Below are positions 59,801 through 64,000 of a stretch of 64,000 bases of DNA, one piece after another (position 1 is the stretch's first letter; every line of letters starts with the position of its first letter). The DNA comes from Curvibacter sp. (lineage in GTDB: Bacteria > Pseudomonadota > Gammaproteobacteria > Burkholderiales > Burkholderiaceae_C). The position numbers and the translations under genes are program-made. The notes beneath the pieces were generated by a model. The model ran no database searches. It saw nothing but the letters and a program-made list of their open reading frames with translations, and was not told where the DNA came from. The stretch covers positions 41 to 64,040 of the forward strand of contig JAHRYV010000013.1 of NCBI GenBank assembly GCA_020621965.1. The letters run 5' to 3'.

Positions 59801-60517
59801 TCAGGCGTTCCAGCTCAGGTTGTTGCAGGCGGCGCACTCTTCCTTCATCCAGCCCAGGCGGACCAGCAGCGCGTGCACCTTGCAGCCGACACAGAAACCC
59901 AGCACGGTCTCCATCCACATGAAACCCAGGCAGACCCAGACCAGGGCCAGCGGGATCCATTTGGGCAGGTAGTTGGTGGTGGTGGGCAGCAGCTCGTGCC
60001 GCGCGACCGTGTTGACCCAGCCGGCGAAGGTGTCCGGGTTGAAGAAGACCAGGCAGACCGCGATGAAGCTCGCGCCGATCGACCAGGCGAAGCGCTTGGG
60101 CGTCAGCGGCTTCCAGACCGGGGCGTGGCCGCGGGCCAGCAGGCTGGCGATGAGCACCGTGGGCGAGAAGCGGGAGGTGATGGCGAACATGCCCGCCAGC
60201 ATCTCGAACAGCGCGTACAGCAGCACCCAGGTCTGCAGCGAGTAGTCGTAGGTGCGGCGGATGGCCTCCACGCTGTAGAGGATGTGGCCGTCGAAGTCGG
60301 TGTCGAAGGTGTCGCGGATCGAGTTGCCGGTCACGACCCAGTGCGAGCCGAACACGGCGTCGTAGAGCGTGAAGCTCATGAACAACGGGATGGCCAGCAT
60401 CAGGCCGGCGCGGATGCGCACTGCGATGTCGTTGATGTAGAGGCTGTCAGCGCCCGGGTCCTGGAACCAGAGCTTGCGGAAGGTGCTGAAAAAAGGGCCG
60501 TGCATTCGTTTTGCCAT
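59801..60517 (-). CDS. DUF4395 membrane protein
   Basis: VR..AG, PKRFAW.IG, LGFCVGC, C-terminal CxxC. Confidence 0.8.
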   Translation of the reverse strand: MAKRMHGPFFSTFRKLWFQDPGADSLYINDIAVRIRAGLMLAIPLFMSFTLYDAVFGSHWVVTGNSIRDTFDTDFDGHILYSVEAIRRTYDYSLQTWVLLYALFEMLAGMFAITSRFSPTVLIASLLARGHAPVWKPLTPKRFAWSIGASFIAVCLVFFNPDTFAGWVNTVARHELLPTTTNYLPKWIPLALVWVCLGFMWMETVLGFCVGCKVHALLVRLGWMKEECAACNNLSWNA

Positions 60518-60783
60518 GCGTAGACTGGTTGATTGGTGCGGACATCACCCGGACGACCCTCACCGCATGGGTGCGGATGGAGCCGGACCGGCTGCTCATA
60601 GTTAAGAATGTCCAAATATACGGAACTTCGATTTTGCCGCAAGCGGTGTTTCCCTGCCCGCAGTGGCCCGGATCACCCCTTGGGCGGCATGAATCCGGGT
60701 TTACCCGCACCCCCGCTGGGCAGAGGGGTCGAAGCGCCGCATGGCGGCCGGCTGCGTGCCCGCAGGCGCCATCCGCCCGGCGT

Positions 60784-61449
60784 TCACAGGCGCGCACGGC
60801 GAGGCACTACCTGCAGCTGCATGCTCACGCGTGCCGGCGCGCGCGTGAGTTGCAGCAGTTGCGGGGGCAGGTCGATGAGCTGGTCCGCCTGCCACACGCG
60901 CACCTGCACCGGGCCGTCGGGCACCTCCTCGAAGTGGACCGTGCCGTCGCCGCCGGTCTTGGCAGCCCAGGGCGTGTCGCTCACGTAGATGTAGCCGCGC
61001 ATGGAGCCATGGATATGGCAGCCCAGCAGATTGGCGCCCACCACGCCCGGCTGGTCCAGGGTGAGCTCCACCGGCCTGGCGGGCTTGCCCTCCTCGTGCC
61101 CCGGCAGCCGCAGCTCGAAGCCGCCCTTGCCGGCGGCACTGAACTGCGCCGCGCCCGCGGCCGAGCCGCGCACGTGGTGGTCCCAGGCATCGTGGTTGAC
61201 GAACCGGACGCGGGCACCGCGGGCCACCAGCGAGACCGCGGGCACGAACTGCATCTTCTCCTGCGCCACGGTCGCCTCGCGCGGCAAGGGCGGCGGCGTC
61301 CGCCCACCCAGGCCCGCCACCTGCAGCAGCACCACCGCATTCGGCGTCGGCTTGCCGTTCTTGTCGATCACCTCCACCGTCAGCGGGCCGGCCGCAACCG
61401 TGGCCGCCTTCAGGACCAGCGCGCCCATCAGCAATAGTGCGCGCCTCAT
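60784..61449 (-). CDS. Periplasmic cupredoxin-like (MauL/plastocyanin-type) protein
   Basis: signal peptide, Q..MQF.P, F.N.D...HHV, CHIHGSM copper-type motif. Confidence 0.8.
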   Translation of the reverse strand: MRRALLLMGALVLKAATVAAGPLTVEVIDKNGKPTPNAVVLLQVAGLGGRTPPPLPREATVAQEKMQFVPAVSLVARGARVRFVNHDAWDHHVRGSAAGAAQFSAAGKGGFELRLPGHEEGKPARPVELTLDQPGVVGANLLGCHIHGSMRGYIYVSDTPWAAKTGGDGTVHFEEVPDGPVQVRVWQADQLIDLPPQLLQLTRAPARVSMQLQVVPRRARL

Positions 61450-61889
61450 GGCAGGGTGATCACGTCGCGGTGCATCGGGGCCAGCCGGGCCAGCAGGCGG
61501 TTCTGGTCGGCAAAGGCGATGCCCTGCGCGTCCATGCTCTGCTGCAGCACCTCCACCAGGGCGTTGAAGTCGCCCTTGGTGATGTCCAGGTTGGCGTGCG
61601 CGGTCTTCATGTCCGCGCCCTTGTAGACGCAGGGCCCGCCGCTGACGGCGCAGAACTGGTCGACCAGCTGTTCCGTCAGGCGCTTGGGATTGGCCTGCTC
61701 GAAGAAGGGCTTCATGCGCGCATCGGCCAGCAGGCGGGCGGCGAAGTCCTGCACCAGGCGCGTGATGCCGGGCTTGTCGCCCAGCGCGCGGTACAGGGTG
61801 TCGCCCGGCGCAACCGATTGGGCCATGGCATGGGGCAGACTGAAAAGGGCGCCGACGAGCAGCGCAAACGAGGCGAGGATGATCTTCAT
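61446..61889 (-). CDS. Group I truncated hemoglobin with signal peptide
   Basis: LY..LG, GGPC.Y.G.DM..AH, FNALVE. Confidence 0.9.
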   Translation of the reverse strand: MKIILASFALLVGALFSLPHAMAQSVAPGDTLYRALGDKPGITRLVQDFAARLLADARMKPFFEQANPKRLTEQLVDQFCAVSGGPCVYKGADMKTAHANLDITKGDFNALVEVLQQSMDAQGIAFADQNRLLARLAPMHRDVITLP

Positions 61890-61933
61890 GGGTGACTCCG
61901 TGATGAGATGGGTGACGTGCATGGCGCGGCCGC

Positions 61934-62860
61934 TCAGAAGGCCAGCTGGCCGGACAGGTAGACGCCGGTCTGGCTGCGCCCGGCGGTGGTGGCGGGCACG
62001 ACGCGCCCCAGGTCGACGTAGGCCGCGGTGATCGAAAGGTGCTTGCTCGGCGCCCAGGCGATGAAGAGGTCTTTCCAGTCATCGGCCTTCAGGCCGTCGC
62101 CCAGCCCCGCGGCCCGGCCCGCCGTCTCCAGCTTGTTGGGCATGGCGCGGTATTCAAAGCCGACCGCCACGTTCTTGCGCAGCAGGTAGGCCACCGACAG
62201 TTCGGGCAGGAAGCTGTAGTTGTCGTCCGCCCCGCCCAGCGTGGCGCCGAAGCCCAGCAGGCCATTCTGGTTGGCCTTGGTGGCGCGCAGCGTGGCGTTG
62301 ACCAGCACGCCCTGCGCCAGGAACAGTTTGGTGGCGCTGAGGTAGTAATCCGCACCCGCGCGTTTGGCGCCCAGCGCATCCAGCGTGCCGTCCAGCCCGG
62401 AGGAATCCAGTGTCTTGAACTGGGCGCCGACGGCGATCTGCGGCATCCAGCTGTCGCTGTCGAGCACCGCGTCGCCCGCCACCTTGGCCTTCACGCCCAC
62501 GATGGTCTGTCGCAGGTGCAGATCCGGCAAGCCCAGCGCGGCGCCGGTGATGCCCGTGTCCAGGTCCTGGCGGCCGACCGAGAGCTCCACACGGTCATGC
62601 AGACCCAGCGCCAGGCCGTAGCCGTTGAGCCCGTAGTCCTGCGTGACCAGGCGCGAGCCATACGCCGACACGCCGATTTCGCCCGCGCTCGCATTGCTGC
62701 CGATCACGGCCCAGGGCGTGATCCCGCCGCCGGCCGCGCCTTCGATGGTGCTGACGCCGCCGGTCAGCAGCAGTTTGCCGGTGTCGGCCCGGGCGCCCAG
62801 GGGAATGGCACCCGCTGCCGCCAGGGCCGCTGTCGCCATCAAGGTTTTCGCAACTTGCAT
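61934..62860 (-). CDS. DUF3034 outer-membrane beta-barrel-like protein
   Basis: TGGVSTIEGAAGGG.TPWA, TKANQ.GLLGFG, C-terminal Phe. Confidence 0.85.
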   Translation of the reverse strand: MQVAKTLMATAALAAAGAIPLGARADTGKLLLTGGVSTIEGAAGGGITPWAVIGSNASAGEIGVSAYGSRLVTQDYGLNGYGLALGLHDRVELSVGRQDLDTGITGAALGLPDLHLRQTIVGVKAKVAGDAVLDSDSWMPQIAVGAQFKTLDSSGLDGTLDALGAKRAGADYYLSATKLFLAQGVLVNATLRATKANQNGLLGFGATLGGADDNYSFLPELSVAYLLRKNVAVGFEYRAMPNKLETAGRAAGLGDGLKADDWKDLFIAWAPSKHLSITAAYVDLGRVVPATTAGRSQTGVYLSGQLAF

Positions 62861-62903
62861 CGCATCTCCTGTAGATCGTGAACAAGAACGCTCACGCAAG
62901 GAA

Positions 62904-62930
62904 TACGCGGGGCCCATCGAACTGGATGCA
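62904..62930 (-). promoter_or_regulatory. ECF-sigma-type promoter for the DUF3034 operon
   Basis: TGCATCC-N16-CGTA on minus strand. Confidence 0.7.
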
Positions 62931-62995
62931 AGGACGGCCATTGCCCACAAGGTTTCCCCGGTTAATGCCGGGTCGGCCTGTCCCGGTTAAGTTCG

Positions 62996-63022
62996 TGCAT
63001 CCAACAAGGCCGCCGCTCCGTA
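62996..63022 (+). promoter_or_regulatory. ECF-sigma autoregulatory promoter
   Basis: TGCATCC-N16-CGTA on plus strand. Confidence 0.7.
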
Positions 63023-63047
63023 CTAACACCATCAGCAGACCCTCGCG

Positions 63048-63650
63048 ATGCGCACCGAAACCGAAGACGCCACCATGATCGCCCTGATCCACCGCATTGC
63101 CTTGCGCGACGAGCGCAGCGCCAGCGTCGCCGACGCCGAACTGGCGCTGCGCGAGCTGTACGAGCTGAGCGCCGCCAAGCTCTACGGCCTGGCCCTGCGT
63201 GTGCTGGGCAACCGCGAGCACGCGGAAGACGTGCTGCAGGAAGCCTTTCTGAACGTCTGGCGCATCGCCGACCAGTACCGCGCCCCGCTGAGTCCGCCCA
63301 TGGCCTGGCTGGGCCTGATCGTGCGCAGCCGCGCGCTGGACTTCCTGCGCCAGCGCGGCACCGCGCGGGTGGATGAGGCGCAGTCTCTCGACGAGACCGT
63401 CCTGGACACCGTCGCCAGCGACGCCACCAGCCCGCTGGACGCCACCCAGGCCAGCGAGCAGGCCTGGGCCCTGCACGAGTGCCTTCGCAAGCTCGAAGCG
63501 CGCCAGCGCGAAGTCATCAGCCTGGCCTACCTGCGCGACCTGAGCCACGCCGAGTTGTCGGCCCAGCTCAGGCTGCCGCTGGGCACGGTCAAAAGCTGGA
63601 TCCGGCGCGGACTGGACGTACTGCGCGGCTGCATGGAGCGCTACGCATGA
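63048..63650 (+). CDS. ECF sigma-70 factor (SigK-like)
   Basis: AEDVLQEAF, WL..IVR.RALD, PLGTVKSWIRRGL. Confidence 0.93.
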   Translation: MRTETEDATMIALIHRIALRDERSASVADAELALRELYELSAAKLYGLALRVLGNREHAEDVLQEAFLNVWRIADQYRAPLSPPMAWLGLIVRSRALDFLRQRGTARVDEAQSLDETVLDTVASDATSPLDATQASEQAWALHECLRKLEARQREVISLAYLRDLSHAELSAQLRLPLGTVKSWIRRGLDVLRGCMERYA

Positions 63651-64000
63651 ACATCGCCGGCAACCCGCCCCTGCTGGAACGCCTGGCGTCCAGCTACGCC
63701 CTGGGCACCCTGCGCGGTGGCGCCCGCCGCCGCTTCGAGGCGCTGGCGCGCGAAAGCGCCACCGTGCGCGTGGCCGCCCTGCTGTGGCAGGAACGCCTGG
63801 GCGCCATCACCGAACTGCAAACCAGCGCACAGCCCAGCCCCAATGTATGGAAACGCATCGAGAACGCGTTGCACACCGGCCGGCATGCCGTGACCCGCCA
63901 GCTGACCGATGCCGGCGTGCTGGCGCAGCTGCGCCGCGCCCTCGGCCGCTGGCGCAGCGCCGCGTTCGCCGGTGGCCTGGCCACCGCGGCAGCCGTGCTG
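63647..64000 (+). CDS. Anti-sigma factor (RskA-like), 3'-truncated by window edge
   Basis: ATGA overlap with sigma; LASSYALGTLRGGARRRFE...P...VW.RIE; absent from the ORF track because it has no stop. Confidence 0.85.
   Translation, partial: MNIAGNPPLLERLASSYALGTLRGGARRRFEALARESATVRVAALLWQERLGAITELQTSAQPSPNVWKRIENALHTGRHAVTRQLTDAGVLAQLRRALGRWRSAAFAGGLATAAAVL

Overview
High-GC betaproteobacterial chromosome segment (gene order and RBS style suggest Burkholderiales/Comamonadaceae; inference). Left arm: rpsA(3' end)-ihfB-lapA-lapB-hldA-hldD, then a minus-strand accessory block (DUF2339, 5-oxoprolinase, pentapeptide, beta-propeller lipoprotein, cupin, DUF167, a lone AT-richer TIR-domain gene with integron-cassette-like ends) and fluC. 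The centre (about 15.9-51.4 kb) is a sulfur-oxidation island. It holds a complete reverse-Dsr operon (dsrABEFHCMKLJOPN, a Cys-less dsrC paralogue, dsrR, cobA), a soluble NarX/NarL-like two-component pair, soeABC with cytochrome c, TauE, USP and AhpD-Rieske genes, and tusA-dsrE2-yeeE. Divergent from dsrA is a 10-gene, largely uncharacterised operon: an orphan Cas6-like gene (no CRISPR array or other cas genes in the window), a Cys-less DsrC paralogue, dsrS, a TauD-like dioxygenase, an HTH-[2Fe-2S]-FNR fusion and an S24-peptidase-like gene. One 16-bp 7-2-7 palindrome with a fixed promoter architecture recurs upstream of this operon, dsrA, soeA and tusA, which suggests a single regulon. Right arm: NsrR-boxed qNor and DnrO-like genes, a MASE1/FixJ-type pair, antiporters, and an ECF sigma/anti-sigma pair with matching divergent promoters driving DUF3034, an exported truncated globin and a cupredoxin. 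No rRNA, tRNA, CRISPR array or intact transposase was seen. All family assignments are by eye from motifs and synteny; no searches were run.
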